Below, piece after piece: positions 29,172 through 38,744 of a stretch of DNA of 41,705 bases. The stretch's first letter is position 1. Each line of letters opens with the position of its first letter. The translations under genes were made by a program, and so were the position numbers. The notes under the pieces were generated by a model. The model did no database searches and had not been told where the DNA came from. It saw only the letters and a program-made list of their open reading frames with translations. Origin of the DNA: a bacterium (GTDB lineage Bacteria; SZUA-182; DTGQ01); contig JBFMGO010000041.1 in NCBI GenBank assembly GCA_040752695.1, positions 1-41,705 of the forward strand, written 5' to 3'.

Positions 29172-29415
29172 GCATCGACCCTTTAATCTTTTCATGATAA
29201 ATCAATACGTTTACCTCTGGTTAAAAAATCGGCCTTTATTTTTGTGATAAAATTACAACACTTATTGGAAATGATGGCCTGATTTTTTTTAAAAGCTTAT
29301 AAAATCAATAAATAAGACTGTCTATTTATTTCGGCAGCAGGTATGTCGAAAGGTCAAGGGACAAAAGGTTTGGGGTGAATGAAGCGCCAAACACCGGGGA
29401 TTCCCCTCCTGGGGG

Positions 29416-30144
29416 CTATGGGTTCGGTGGTGCGGCCAGGGCATTTTGAATTTCAGCCTGTAGAGATTCCACTACACCGATGGGATCACTGGCCGTGCTG
29501 ATGGGACGGCCAACGACGATATAATCGGCGCCATCAGCAATGGCTTTTTGCGCGGTGGCGATGCGCCGTTGATCGTCCTTCCGGATTTCGATATTCTGCC
29601 CCGGCCTGATCCCCGGGGTGACGATGATAAAATTATCACCAAGGTCTTTCCTCACGCGTGCTGCTTCAAGGCCGGAGGAGACAATTCCGTTGCAGCCGAG
29701 ATCCAGAGCACGCTTGGCGCGGAAATAGACTAAATCTTCGACTGTACCGGAAAATCTCATCTCCCGCATATCACCCTCATCGAAGGAAGTGAGCACGGTA
29801 ACAGCGAGAATCTTCAGATCATCCTTTTCCTCCACTGCCGCCCGTATAATCGGATCATTCCCATGAATGGTAGCAAAAGTCACGTTATGGTTTTTTAATT
29901 GCCTGACAGCGAGTTTGACGGTCTCGGGCACATCGAACAGTTTAAGATCCACCATGACCTTAGCCCCGCGTTCGGTAATCATGTCAATGACCGGGAACCA
30001 GCCGGCGATAAATAATTGCAGGCCGACCTTGTAAAACCTCACATGGCCTTCCAGACGGTCTACCCATTCGGTGGCTTTTCGTTTCGAATCTACATCAAGA
30101 GCGAAAATAATCCGCTCATTAAGAGGGATATCCTTGGGATTCAT
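29416..30144 (-). CDS. pyrF: Orotidine-5'-phosphate decarboxylase
   Basis: FALD, YKVG, DLKLFDVPETV, VTVLTS, TPGIR, VVGRPI. Confidence 0.97.
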   Translation of the reverse strand: MNPKDIPLNERIIFALDVDSKRKATEWVDRLEGHVRFYKVGLQLFIAGWFPVIDMITERGAKVMVDLKLFDVPETVKLAVRQLKNHNVTFATIHGNDPIIRAAVEEKDDLKILAVTVLTSFDEGDMREMRFSGTVEDLVYFRAKRALDLGCNGIVSSGLEAARVRKDLGDNFIIVTPGIRPGQNIEIRKDDQRRIATAQKAIADGADYIVVGRPISTASDPIGVVESLQAEIQNALAAPPNP

Positions 30145-30268
30145 TATCAGACTTTACCCCATTTCGATAAAAAGTAAAATTTGCTTTCTCAATTTCCGAT
30201 AGTTATTCATATGAAAAATTTTCGGTTTCTATTCCTTATCCAGGAGAAAGAGCATACTCTTTCCCCTC

Positions 30269-32692
30269 TCACTTTTCCTCTTTATAATCGCATTCCTTAT
30301 TTCCGCAAGAAATCTTAGTCTTATTCTGAACTAAAAACGGGTAGCCGCACTTGGGGCATTTTTCGTCGATCGGTTTGTTCCAGGTAGAGAAGGTGCATTT
30401 GGGATAGTTGCTGCAACTGTAAAAGGGCTTGCCCCGCTTTGTTTTTCGTTCAGTCAGATATCCATCACAGTTGGTTTCCGGGCAGGCGATACCGATGCTG
30501 ATGGGTTTAATAAATTTGCACTTCGGGTATTCGACACAGGATAAAAACCTGCCATAAGGGCCAACCTTAATTTGCATAGGGGAGCCGCATTTTTCACATT
30601 TTTCGTTTTGGGCCAGTTCGGCTTCTTTCGGGTCAGCCTTATCAAGTGAAACCGTATTTTTGCACTTCGGATAGGCTGAACAGGCCAGAAAATCGCCGAA
30701 GCGGCTGTGCTTCAAGACCATGGGGCTATTGCATTTGTCGCAGGTCTGATCCTGGTGCTCGTTTTCTCTAATGATAATCTCGTCATTTTCGCCCCTGGTG
30801 AATTCCTTGGCGTTTTTACATTGCGGGTATCCAGTGCAGGACAGAAATTCACCATTTCGGCCCCACTTGATAGCCATGGGTTTTCCGCATTTTTCGCAAA
30901 TTTTATCGGTTAGAATTCCTTCCCGTTTTACATCCCGCATACTGGTTTCAGCTTTTTGCACATATTGAGTGAATGACTCATAGAAGAAACGCAGTGACTT
31001 GATCCAGTCCCGTTTGCCTTCCTCAATTTCATCGAGGCTGTTTTCCATCTGTGCAGTGAATTCCACATCCAGAACTTCCGGAAAGTTATCAACAAGCAGA
31101 TCATTCACGAGCATTCCCAACTCGGTGGGGACAAATTTCCCCTTACCGTCTCTATTCACATATTCACGGTTGACGATAGTGCCGAGGATGGTGGCGTAGG
31201 TGCTCGGACGGCCGATTCCTTTTTCTTCGAGTTCCTTGACCAGGGTTGCTTCGGAAAAACGAGGCGGCGGCTGGGTAAAGTGCTGCTTCGGGTCCAGATT
31301 GATCAAAGAGACAACCTCTCCTTCCGCCAGATTGGGCAGTTCTTTTTGCTTTTCAGGAGAATCGCTGTCGCCATTTTGCCTGAGGGAGGGGTCTTCGTCC
31401 TTGTCTTCCTGGTAGATCTGCATGAACCCCTTGAATATGATAATCGATCCGGTGGCCCGGAAGATAAAGTGAGCTGCTTTAATGTCGATGGTAGTCATAT
31501 CCATTATGGCATCTTCCATCTGGCAAGCCACAAACCGGTTCCAGATGAGCTGATAGAGGAGAAATTCATCAGGCTTCAGAAAGGGTTTGATTTTTTCCGG
31601 CTCGCGCAGAGTGGAGGTTGGCCTGATGGCTTCGTGTGCGTCCTGGGCATTGTTTTTGTTTTTATAAACTTTGGCCCGGGCAGGCAGGTACTCTTTTCCG
31701 AAGCGGGAGTTGATGTATGAGCGTACCTCTTTCAGGGATTCTTCGGCAATTCGGGTAGAATCCGTACGCATATAGGTGATGAGTCCGGTACTGCCTTCGT
31801 CTCCAAGTTCGATCCCCTCATAGAGTTTTTGTGCGACTAACATGGTTTTTTTGGCCGGGAACCTGAGCTTGCGGAAAGCCTCTTGCTGCAGCTTGCTGGT
31901 GGTAAACGGGGCGACCGGTTGTTTCTTTTTCTTTTTCCGGTCTACCTTAACGATTCGAAATTCTGCATCCCTGGCCTCATCCACAACTTTTTGAGCGTCT
32001 TTTTCGGTTGCGATATCAGCTTTCTCTTCTCCGATCTTGAACAGCCGGGCAATAAAAGGCGGGGGATTTTTCCCTTCCAGAAGGGCGGTGATAGTCCAGT
32101 ATTCCTTGGACTGAAAAAGCCGGATCTCCCGCTCTCGATCGCAGATGAGTCTGACAGCGACCGATTGGACCCGTCCGGCACTTAATCCCCATCTGACTTT
32201 ACGCCATAAGATGGGGCTGATTTTGTAGCCCACCAACCGGTCGAGAATCCGCCTAGCCTGCTGGGCATTTACTTTGTGTTCATCGATATGTCCCGGGCTT
32301 GACAGTGCCTGGAGCACCGCCCTTTTAGTGATTTCGTTAAAAAGAACTCGGTAAATCCGGTAGTTATTCTTTTCTTCTTTCAGTGCATTGGCAATGTGCC
32401 AGCTGATTGCCTCCCCTTCCCGGTCAGGATCTGGTGCCAGATATACCGTTTCTACCTTTTTAGCGGCTTTTTTAATCTCTGACAGAACCTTCTCTTTGCC
32501 TTCGATGGTGATATATTCAGGTGTAAATTCATGGGCGATGTCTACGCCCAGCCGGTTGGAAGGCAGATCCTTGACGTGCCCCACCGAGGCTTTGACGACA
32601 TATTCCGATCCTAAAAACTTGGTGATGGTTTTCACCTTCGTGGGAGACTCAACAATGATAAGAGCGTTGGCCATTTTTTTTCTTTCTCCCAT
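30269..32692 (-). CDS. topA: DNA topoisomerase I with five C-terminal zinc ribbons
   Basis: IVESPTK TOPRIM, DPDREGE, SAGRVQS, ITYMRTD, AHEAIRP, repeated C4 ribbons; alternative ATG at 32674. Confidence 0.98.
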   Translation of the reverse strand: MGERKKMANALIIVESPTKVKTITKFLGSEYVVKASVGHVKDLPSNRLGVDIAHEFTPEYITIEGKEKVLSEIKKAAKKVETVYLAPDPDREGEAISWHIANALKEEKNNYRIYRVLFNEITKRAVLQALSSPGHIDEHKVNAQQARRILDRLVGYKISPILWRKVRWGLSAGRVQSVAVRLICDREREIRLFQSKEYWTITALLEGKNPPPFIARLFKIGEEKADIATEKDAQKVVDEARDAEFRIVKVDRKKKKKQPVAPFTTSKLQQEAFRKLRFPAKKTMLVAQKLYEGIELGDEGSTGLITYMRTDSTRIAEESLKEVRSYINSRFGKEYLPARAKVYKNKNNAQDAHEAIRPTSTLREPEKIKPFLKPDEFLLYQLIWNRFVACQMEDAIMDMTTIDIKAAHFIFRATGSIIIFKGFMQIYQEDKDEDPSLRQNGDSDSPEKQKELPNLAEGEVVSLINLDPKQHFTQPPPRFSEATLVKELEEKGIGRPSTYATILGTIVNREYVNRDGKGKFVPTELGMLVNDLLVDNFPEVLDVEFTAQMENSLDEIEEGKRDWIKSLRFFYESFTQYVQKAETSMRDVKREGILTDKICEKCGKPMAIKWGRNGEFLSCTGYPQCKNAKEFTRGENDEIIIRENEHQDQTCDKCNSPMVLKHSRFGDFLACSAYPKCKNTVSLDKADPKEAELAQNEKCEKCGSPMQIKVGPYGRFLSCVEYPKCKFIKPISIGIACPETNCDGYLTERKTKRGKPFYSCSNYPKCTFSTWNKPIDEKCPKCGYPFLVQNKTKISCGNKECDYKEEK

Positions 32693-32700
32693 ACCTCTTT

Positions 32701-33846
32701 TTATACCTTGAAAAAAAGCTTGCCTGGAAGCTGTTTTATAATCCCTTTCATTTCCAATGTCAATAGAATATTATGGATATCCTGCGGACCGAATCCGCTC
32801 ATTTGGATTATAACATCAATTGGCATAGGATCATAGGACAGAAGAGCAAAAATTTTACCTTCTTTCTCATTTAATTTGACCTTGAACGGTCTGGATGAAG
32901 CGGGAGACGTTGATGAAGAAGGAGCCCCGGCTTGGTTCTTGGGACAGAAGCCGAGCTCTTCCAGGATATCTTCGACCCCTTCGACCAGCCGTGCTCCCTG
33001 TTTGATGAGCTGGTTAGTTCCCCGGCTGTTGGGAGAATAAATATTTCCGGGGATGGCCAAAACCTCTCTTCCCTGATCGAGAGCGCATCCAGCAGTGATA
33101 AGAGCACCGCTCTTTTCTCTGGCCTCTACGATGAGGATGGCAGGAGACAGACCGCTGATAATCCGGTTGCGGATCGGAAAATTCATCTTATGCGGCTCGG
33201 TGCCAAAGGGAAATTCGGACATGACCGAACCGCAGGCAGCAATACGCTCAAAAAGGCTTTTGTTTTCAGGAGGATAAACAATATCAAGACCGCTTCCAAG
33301 GACAGCCGCGGTTTTCCCTCCGCCCTCCAGGGCACAGCGGTGTGCGATGCTGTCGATTCCCCTGGCCAGCCCGCTCACGATGCAGAAACCATAAGCTAAT
33401 AGCCCCTGTGTAATTCGCTCCGTAACCAGTTGCCCATAGTAACTGGCTCTTCTGGAGCCAACGATAGATAATTTTCTGTCTGCATCTGAACCAAGAGGGC
33501 CTTTGACGTACAGGGCCAAAGGAGGATCGTAGATCTCTTTTAAAAGGGCAGGATATTCAGGGTCAAAGGGGGTTATAATCTTCACGCCGAGGGAGAGGGC
33601 TTTTTTTTCCTCTCTGGCCAGGATCTCTTCAGGAGTGTGAGTCTGGAGGTTCTGAATGAAAAGCGGCCTGCATTCGGGCCGGGACACAACCCTGTTTTTG
33701 GATCGGAAAATCTCCTGTGCCGAGCCGTACTCATTGATCAGGCGCAGCTTGTGGCCGGCAGCCATACCTGAAATCGCATTGAGCACAATCCAGAATTCTC
33801 TTTCCTCCACGGATTTTTCTCCATCAATCGGTTCAAAAAGGCTCAA
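32701..33846 (-). CDS. dprA: DNA-processing protein DprA/Smf
   Basis: IVGSRR, VSGLARGID, FPIRNRIISGLS, SGALITA, C-terminal winged helix; start uncertain. Confidence 0.96.
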   Translation of the reverse strand: MSLFEPIDGEKSVEEREFWIVLNAISGMAAGHKLRLINEYGSAQEIFRSKNRVVSRPECRPLFIQNLQTHTPEEILAREEKKALSLGVKIITPFDPEYPALLKEIYDPPLALYVKGPLGSDADRKLSIVGSRRASYYGQLVTERITQGLLAYGFCIVSGLARGIDSIAHRCALEGGGKTAAVLGSGLDIVYPPENKSLFERIAACGSVMSEFPFGTEPHKMNFPIRNRIISGLSPAILIVEAREKSGALITAGCALDQGREVLAIPGNIYSPNSRGTNQLIKQGARLVEGVEDILEELGFCPKNQAGAPSSSTSPASSRPFKVKLNEKEGKIFALLSYDPMPIDVIIQMSGFGPQDIHNILLTLEMKGIIKQLPGKLFFKV

Positions 33847-33881
33847 GGAAGGCTTTGAAGCCGGTCCGGCAGATTTTGTCG

Positions 33882-33912
33882 TGAGGCCGCCAGCGCTCTG
33901 GCAGCGGCCTCA
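33882..33912 (-). terminator. GC-rich hairpin downstream of the cyclophilin gene
   Basis: TGAGGCCGC...GCGGCCTCA stem with inner CAG/CTG pairing; no clear U-tract. Confidence 0.4.
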
Positions 33913-33941
33913 TAAGGGAATGATTCTTCTTGATTATCATT

Positions 33942-34613
33942 TTAAGGAATGGATTGAACGGATTTTATGACTACCGGTGTAACCGGAACATCTCTATTGA
34001 ACCCTTTTGTCGCCGTCGGTACTTTGCCGATTTTGGTAACTACGTCCATCCCCTCGATTACTTTTCCGAAAACACAGTAACCGAATCCCTGATCCGTTTC
34101 ATCTTTATGATCGAGAAACAGATTGTCGCGCAAATTGATAAAAAACTGGGAAGTAGCGCTGTCGACAACGGATGTTCTGGCCATGGCAACCGTTCCGGCC
34201 GTGTTGCTGATCTTGTTGGTGGCTTCGTTTTTAACCGCGGCTTTGGTTGGCTTTTGGGTCATGTCCTGGGTAAATCCGCCTCCTTGAATTACGAAATCAG
34301 GCACGACACGGTGAAATATTGTCCCATCGTAAAATTTTTCCTTTACATAGCTCATAAAATTTTTTACTGTAAGAGGTGCATTCTTTTCGAAAAGTTCAAT
34401 TTTTATCGTGCCCATCGAAGTTTCAATGAGAACTACAGGATTTTTTGCCTTTTGGGTTTCTGCTGCTTTGTCGTCTGTTTTCTGGATAGTCACCTGATCA
34501 CCTTTCGATTTTTCATTTTCATGTTTTGTCTGGGCATGGCTTGAACCGATAAAAATGCCCGTAGAAAAAAGGGAATACGCCGCCATAAGGAAAATCATCC
34601 GTTTAAAAATCAT
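33942..34613 (-). CDS. ppiA: Exported cyclophilin-type peptidyl-prolyl isomerase (PpiA-like)
   Basis: Signal peptide ending SHA; FYDGTIFHRVV.FVIQGGG, AMART, SATSQFFIN, GYCVFGKV. Confidence 0.93.
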   Translation of the reverse strand: MIFKRMIFLMAAYSLFSTGIFIGSSHAQTKHENEKSKGDQVTIQKTDDKAAETQKAKNPVVLIETSMGTIKIELFEKNAPLTVKNFMSYVKEKFYDGTIFHRVVPDFVIQGGGFTQDMTQKPTKAAVKNEATNKISNTAGTVAMARTSVVDSATSQFFINLRDNLFLDHKDETDQGFGYCVFGKVIEGMDVVTKIGKVPTATKGFNRDVPVTPVVIKSVQSIP

Positions 34614-34682
34614 AGTTCAATACCTCTCATTTGGTTTAGGAAAATTTAAATATTTAGAGATTAAACCTTACAAGGGAAAATT

Positions 34683-34711
34683 ATTATATTAACAGAAAAA
34701 AGCATTGTCAA
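34683..34711 (-). promoter_or_regulatory. Consensus sigma70 promoter of ppiA
   Basis: Minus strand TTGACA-17 nt-TATAAT, a perfect consensus. Confidence 0.85.
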
Positions 34712-34785
34712 GGGAAAGTATTTTCAAGGGACGGATTACGGGGTCAGGGGCTTTTTATGGTAAAGAAGGGACGTGAGAATGAAAG

Positions 34786-34815
34786 TTGACAGGGCTCACG
34801 GTTTTTCACTATAGT
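34786..34815 (+). promoter_or_regulatory. Sigma70 promoter upstream of the ECF-CHAT operon
   Basis: TTGACA-18 nt-TATAGT, divergent from the ppiA promoter. Confidence 0.65.
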
Positions 34816-34969
34816 TATGGTAAGATGGTCAAAGAGGTTTTATATCTCCTAAAAATTCCCACGGTGCCGTAAGATTTAAGGAGGAAATGCAAAAAATATG
34901 ACGTTACAAAACGTTCAGTGTCAAGAATTGACTTCCACCAATACCTAAGCGGATATAGGACTAAATTGT

Positions 34970-35590
34970 ATGGACACCATATTGCAAGATGGAGAGATCA
35001 CCAATTTTTTGGAGGCCTGTATCAACCGGGATGAATGTGCCTGGGACGAATTCATTGCCAAGTATAGCAAACTGATATACAATTATATTATTAAAACGCT
35101 CAAGAGGTATAATTTTCAATTTCAATCGGATGAATTGGAGGAAATCTACAACCGGATTTTTACAGCCCTGCTCGAAAATGATTGTCGCCGGCTGCAAAAC
35201 TTTCGCGGGACGACCGAAAAGTCATTTACCGCTTATCTTCGGGAGATTTGCTTTCACAATACCGTGGATTTTCTCCGTGAGAAAAGGTTTTTTCTGGACA
35301 TCGAGGATGTTCCGGAAAGTTCGTCCACGGACTCGGGTTTTGATAATCTTGAGTTGAGGCAACTCCAAAATATCATAGGGGAATTAAAAAAAGAGCTGAA
35401 TCCCCGGCATCAGCTTTTTTTTAAGCTCATTTTCGAAGAAGAACTCAGTTCTGATGAGGTTGGGAGGATTATGAATCTGAAGCTGAATGCCATTCATCAG
35501 TTAAAGTTCCGTCTGGTTAACAAGCTTATTCAGATTGCCAAGGAAAAAAATTTATACAATGACTTGGAAACATTCATAAGGGATTTTTAG
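34970..35590 (+). CDS. ECF-type sigma-70 factor
   Basis: Region 2 AWDEFIAKYSKLIY...SFTAYLREI..NTVDFLR; region 4 LNPRHQLFFKL...LSSDEVGRIMNL...KFRL. Confidence 0.9.
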   Translation: MDTILQDGEITNFLEACINRDECAWDEFIAKYSKLIYNYIIKTLKRYNFQFQSDELEEIYNRIFTALLENDCRRLQNFRGTTEKSFTAYLREICFHNTVDFLREKRFFLDIEDVPESSSTDSGFDNLELRQLQNIIGELKKELNPRHQLFFKLIFEEELSSDEVGRIMNLKLNAIHQLKFRLVNKLIQIAKEKNLYNDLETFIRDF

Positions 35591-35650
35591 ATTAATCGTC
35601 TATCTGGTTGATATTAACATTAAAGGAGTCCACCTGATAAGGAGTGAGTC

Positions 35651-36364
35651 ATGGAAAGAGATGTTGAGAAGTTAGCTGAGATGCTGGATAGTATCTCTCT
35701 CCCTCGCAAGAGGGGAGATATGCCCCGCCGTACTCCTGATTGTTTGACTGAAGAGAGGTTAGAAGCATATTACCAGGGGACCTTACCAAAACCGGAAGGA
35801 ATGGAAATTGGCAATCATCTTTCGAATTGCCAGTATTGTTTCGATAGACTGATCATTCTCGATGAATTAATGGCCGGTGAACACGTTGAGGTACCCAGGA
35901 GGCTCATGGCAGGAGCCAGACAGACGATTTTTGGCAGTTCCAATCGAGTTCTGGAAATTGTGCTGAGCATTACCCAAAAAGCAATCAGGATTATTAAAAA
36001 CACGGGAGAGCTGCTGACTCCGGAACCGGTTCTGCAGCCCGCACGCGGACAAGAGGACAAGGTCGGTCATGGCCAATTGTCCGATTTCCTTATAATTTCC
36101 AAGGAGTTTCAAGATCTGAAGATGGATGTTCAGATCGAATGTGTTAATGATTCCTATAAGGTTATCCTGAACGCTTCAGATCCCCACAACGGAACCCCTC
36201 TGTCGGGAGCCCGTCTGGCTCTTTTTTCCGGAGGCAGGGAACTGAGTTCCATTGAGGATAGTGAGGCTATTTTTTACCTGAAGTTACGCAAATATCTCAT
36301 CAAGGTCCTCTTCGAGGAAAGAGAAATGGGTGAGATCAGGCTGGACCTGAGGAAGGCATCATAA
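35651..36364 (+). CDS. zf-HC2 (ZAS) anti-sigma factor-like protein, soluble, with a C-terminal beta-rich domain
   Basis: CLTEERLEAYYQG...HLSNCQYC (HxxxCxxC); directly follows the ECF gene; no TM helix seen. Confidence 0.8.
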   Translation: MERDVEKLAEMLDSISLPRKRGDMPRRTPDCLTEERLEAYYQGTLPKPEGMEIGNHLSNCQYCFDRLIILDELMAGEHVEVPRRLMAGARQTIFGSSNRVLEIVLSITQKAIRIIKNTGELLTPEPVLQPARGQEDKVGHGQLSDFLIISKEFQDLKMDVQIECVNDSYKVILNASDPHNGTPLSGARLALFSGGRELSSIEDSEAIFYLKLRKYLIKVLFEEREMGEIRLDLRKAS

Positions 36365-36454
36365 TCGAAAGGGCAAGAAGTTAAGCAAAAATTGTTCTTT
36401 AGAGGAAGGCATCATAATCGAGAGGACAAAAATTTAAGCAAAAATTGTTCCTTA
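36349..36454. repeat. 53-bp tandem duplication spanning the anti-sigma stop codon
   Basis: 36349-36401 vs 36402-36454, 48/53 identical (GAGGAAGGCATCATAATCGA...TTAAGCAAAAATTGTTC). Confidence 0.9.
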
Positions 36455-36476
36455 AGTGTAAGATGGGAAGCGGGCG

Positions 36477-38708
36477 ATGAGAGAAGCGCTTTATTTGGAA
36501 ATTTCTAGAAAACACGACAATCTGGAGATCAGTCTCAGTGAAGGCGAGCAGACTTTAACTCACTATGAGGAGTTAAAGGTCTCGATCCAGGATCTACAGC
36601 GCAGATGCAGCGAGCTTCTCCACCTTCTGAATGCAGTCTCCCGGCAGGGAAAAATTCCCGGAAAAATCCTCCACGAGCTCCAGCAGATGGGTCAGGTTTT
36701 ATATAATGAAATCTTTCCGGTCAGCATCAAAAGAGAGCTCATCAATACTTCCCTGGAAGATATTATCCTTAAAATAGACAATCGATTGGTCCAGGTTCCA
36801 TGGGAGTTGATATATACAGGAAAAGAGTTCTTTTGCGAGCGGTTTAACATTGGCCGCATGGTCAAAACCCAGCAAACCATTTCCAGTGGAATCAAGAAAG
36901 AACTCCTTCCTCCGCTTAATATGCTCATCATTACCGATCCTAAGGGGGATTTGCCCTCCGCCTATGAGGAAGGAAACCGCATCAGGGAGAGCCTCAGGCA
37001 AAACGATGTAAACATTACCCTGGTCAGCTCCGAAGTAAGTGTTGACTACCTGAAGAAAAAACTGCTTCAGTTCGATCTCATTCACTATGCGGGCCACGCG
37101 GATTATAACCTGGAAGATCCTTCGACCAGCGGATGGATATTGGAGGATGGAAAGTTTACGGCTCTGGACATCCGGAAGCTTTCCGGTGTAAATCCCCTTC
37201 CCGGACTGGTTTTCTCCAATGCCTGTCAATCAGGTACAACCGAGGAGTGGCAAAAAGAAGCAACGGAAGAAGAGAAAATCTATGGGTTGGCGAATGCATT
37301 TCTCCTTTCCGGAGTCCAGCATTATGTAGGTACTTTCTGGAAAGTTCTGGATAAGCCAAGCACGAGCTTTGCCATTGAATTTTACCGGATGCTCTTTGAC
37401 GGTCAAAGTATCGGCCAGGCCATGAGGTCAGCACGGCTGGCTCTTAAAGAGCACTATGGCCAGGAAAATATCCTCTGGGCCAGCTACCTGTTGTATGGCG
37501 ATCCTACAGCCAGGTATTTTGAGTCCCGACAGCAGGAAAAAGTACTGCCCGTTGATCTTCACTCCCAATCAATCCCCCATCCTTCCGTCTCCGCCCGTTC
37601 CCAATGGAATCCAGCAACCGAATGGCTCATTCAGGAAAAGAGCCGGGGGGGCGGACTGCTCTGGAAAACCCGTGACCCATCGGAGTTAATGGAACGAAGC
37701 TGGCAAGCGGAGCAGGAATACCAGGGAAGCGGCGAGGAAAGGACCAAAAGAAAAAATACACAAGACAGATCCCGCCTGTGGTATGCCGCGGCTATCGCGG
37801 GAGCGGTAGCTGCAACCTGCACGGTCTTTTCCCTTATGAACGGAAACAGGCAAAAGCAGGTATCCCGGTCTCACCGGCCGAAGTCCCTGATCACTGAGCT
37901 GCCCGCGATCAAGGCTACCGGCCCCGGTCAGTTTTGGGACAATGGCTGGGCGGATGAAACCTCTTTAAGTGAATTTTTCCAAGGAATATTAAAAAAATAC
38001 CATCAGCAGCAAAGGAATAAGGAAGCAGCAGACACCTGGACCTCTCGTCCACTGACTATCTTTTTTTCTCCTGGAAAAGAAAACGACGATGCAAGGACAG
38101 CCATTTTGATCAATAAAATGATCTCCCGACTGCAGAAAGACCCGCGCATCACGATCTTAGAGCGTGACACGTTAGAGACCATCCTGCAGGAGCTGGCTTT
38201 ATCGAGTTCAAATCTGGCCGATCCCGAGTCTGCCCTGCGTTTGGGAGAGCTGCTATCAGGCAATCTTTTCAGTGTTTGTCGGCTCTATCGGGTCGATTCG
38301 GAACTTCAGATTACCATGCGCATTGTCGAGAACGAGAGCTCGATCGTGAAAACCGCTCTCAGTGAAGTCTGGAAAAGTGGCGTATCAGCAGATGACATGG
38401 CCGACCGTTTGTGCCGTGAAATGATAGAATCTCTGAATGAGCATTTCCCCTTGCAGGGTAAAATTAAATCTATCGTCAACTATGATAAGGTTATTTTGAA
38501 TATCGGAGCCAGACAGGGACTGAAATCGGGAACAAAACTCACGGTCATTAAAGATCAACAACTCTATCAGAACGGTGAGATTATTGGCGAAGAAAGCGGC
38601 AAAAAAGTAGGCGAGGTCGAGGTTTCCGAGATAAGAGCAGGTTATAGTTATGCAAAAGTCCTGGGGAGGTCCGAAGACCTCGCACCCGGTATGAAAGTGG
38701 TTCCTTAA
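36477..38708 (+). CDS. CHAT (caspase-like) protease with TM helix and periplasmic CsgG-like + FlgT-C-like domains
   Basis: VPWELI, IHYAGHA (catalytic His), FSNACQS (catalytic Cys), GLANAFL, WASYLLYGDP; hydrophobic LWYAAAIAGAVAATCTVFSLM; ILERDTLETILQEL...ALRLGELL; VILNIGARQGLKSG. Confidence 0.88.
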   Translation: MREALYLEISRKHDNLEISLSEGEQTLTHYEELKVSIQDLQRRCSELLHLLNAVSRQGKIPGKILHELQQMGQVLYNEIFPVSIKRELINTSLEDIILKIDNRLVQVPWELIYTGKEFFCERFNIGRMVKTQQTISSGIKKELLPPLNMLIITDPKGDLPSAYEEGNRIRESLRQNDVNITLVSSEVSVDYLKKKLLQFDLIHYAGHADYNLEDPSTSGWILEDGKFTALDIRKLSGVNPLPGLVFSNACQSGTTEEWQKEATEEEKIYGLANAFLLSGVQHYVGTFWKVLDKPSTSFAIEFYRMLFDGQSIGQAMRSARLALKEHYGQENILWASYLLYGDPTARYFESRQQEKVLPVDLHSQSIPHPSVSARSQWNPATEWLIQEKSRGGGLLWKTRDPSELMERSWQAEQEYQGSGEERTKRKNTQDRSRLWYAAAIAGAVAATCTVFSLMNGNRQKQVSRSHRPKSLITELPAIKATGPGQFWDNGWADETSLSEFFQGILKKYHQQQRNKEAADTWTSRPLTIFFSPGKENDDARTAILINKMISRLQKDPRITILERDTLETILQELALSSSNLADPESALRLGELLSGNLFSVCRLYRVDSELQITMRIVENESSIVKTALSEVWKSGVSADDMADRLCREMIESLNEHFPLQGKIKSIVNYDKVILNIGARQGLKSGTKLTVIKDQQLYQNGEIIGEESGKKVGEVEVSEIRAGYSYAKVLGRSEDLAPGMKVVP

Positions 38709-38744
38709 CCCCTTGATTAACCAAAGATCGAAAAATGCAAAACA

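Noticed and set aside
33930..34544. 204-aa plus-strand ORF
   Set aside because: Antisense shadow of the cyclophilin gene
36349..36454. Possible mini CRISPR array next to a CHAT protease (type III-E-like)
   Set aside because: Only two units, the intervening sequences are near-identical rather than unique spacers, and no cas gene is in the window
37645..37651. G7 tract in the CHAT gene as a phase-variation switch
   Set aside because: The run is short, in frame and explained by Arg-Gly-Gly codons
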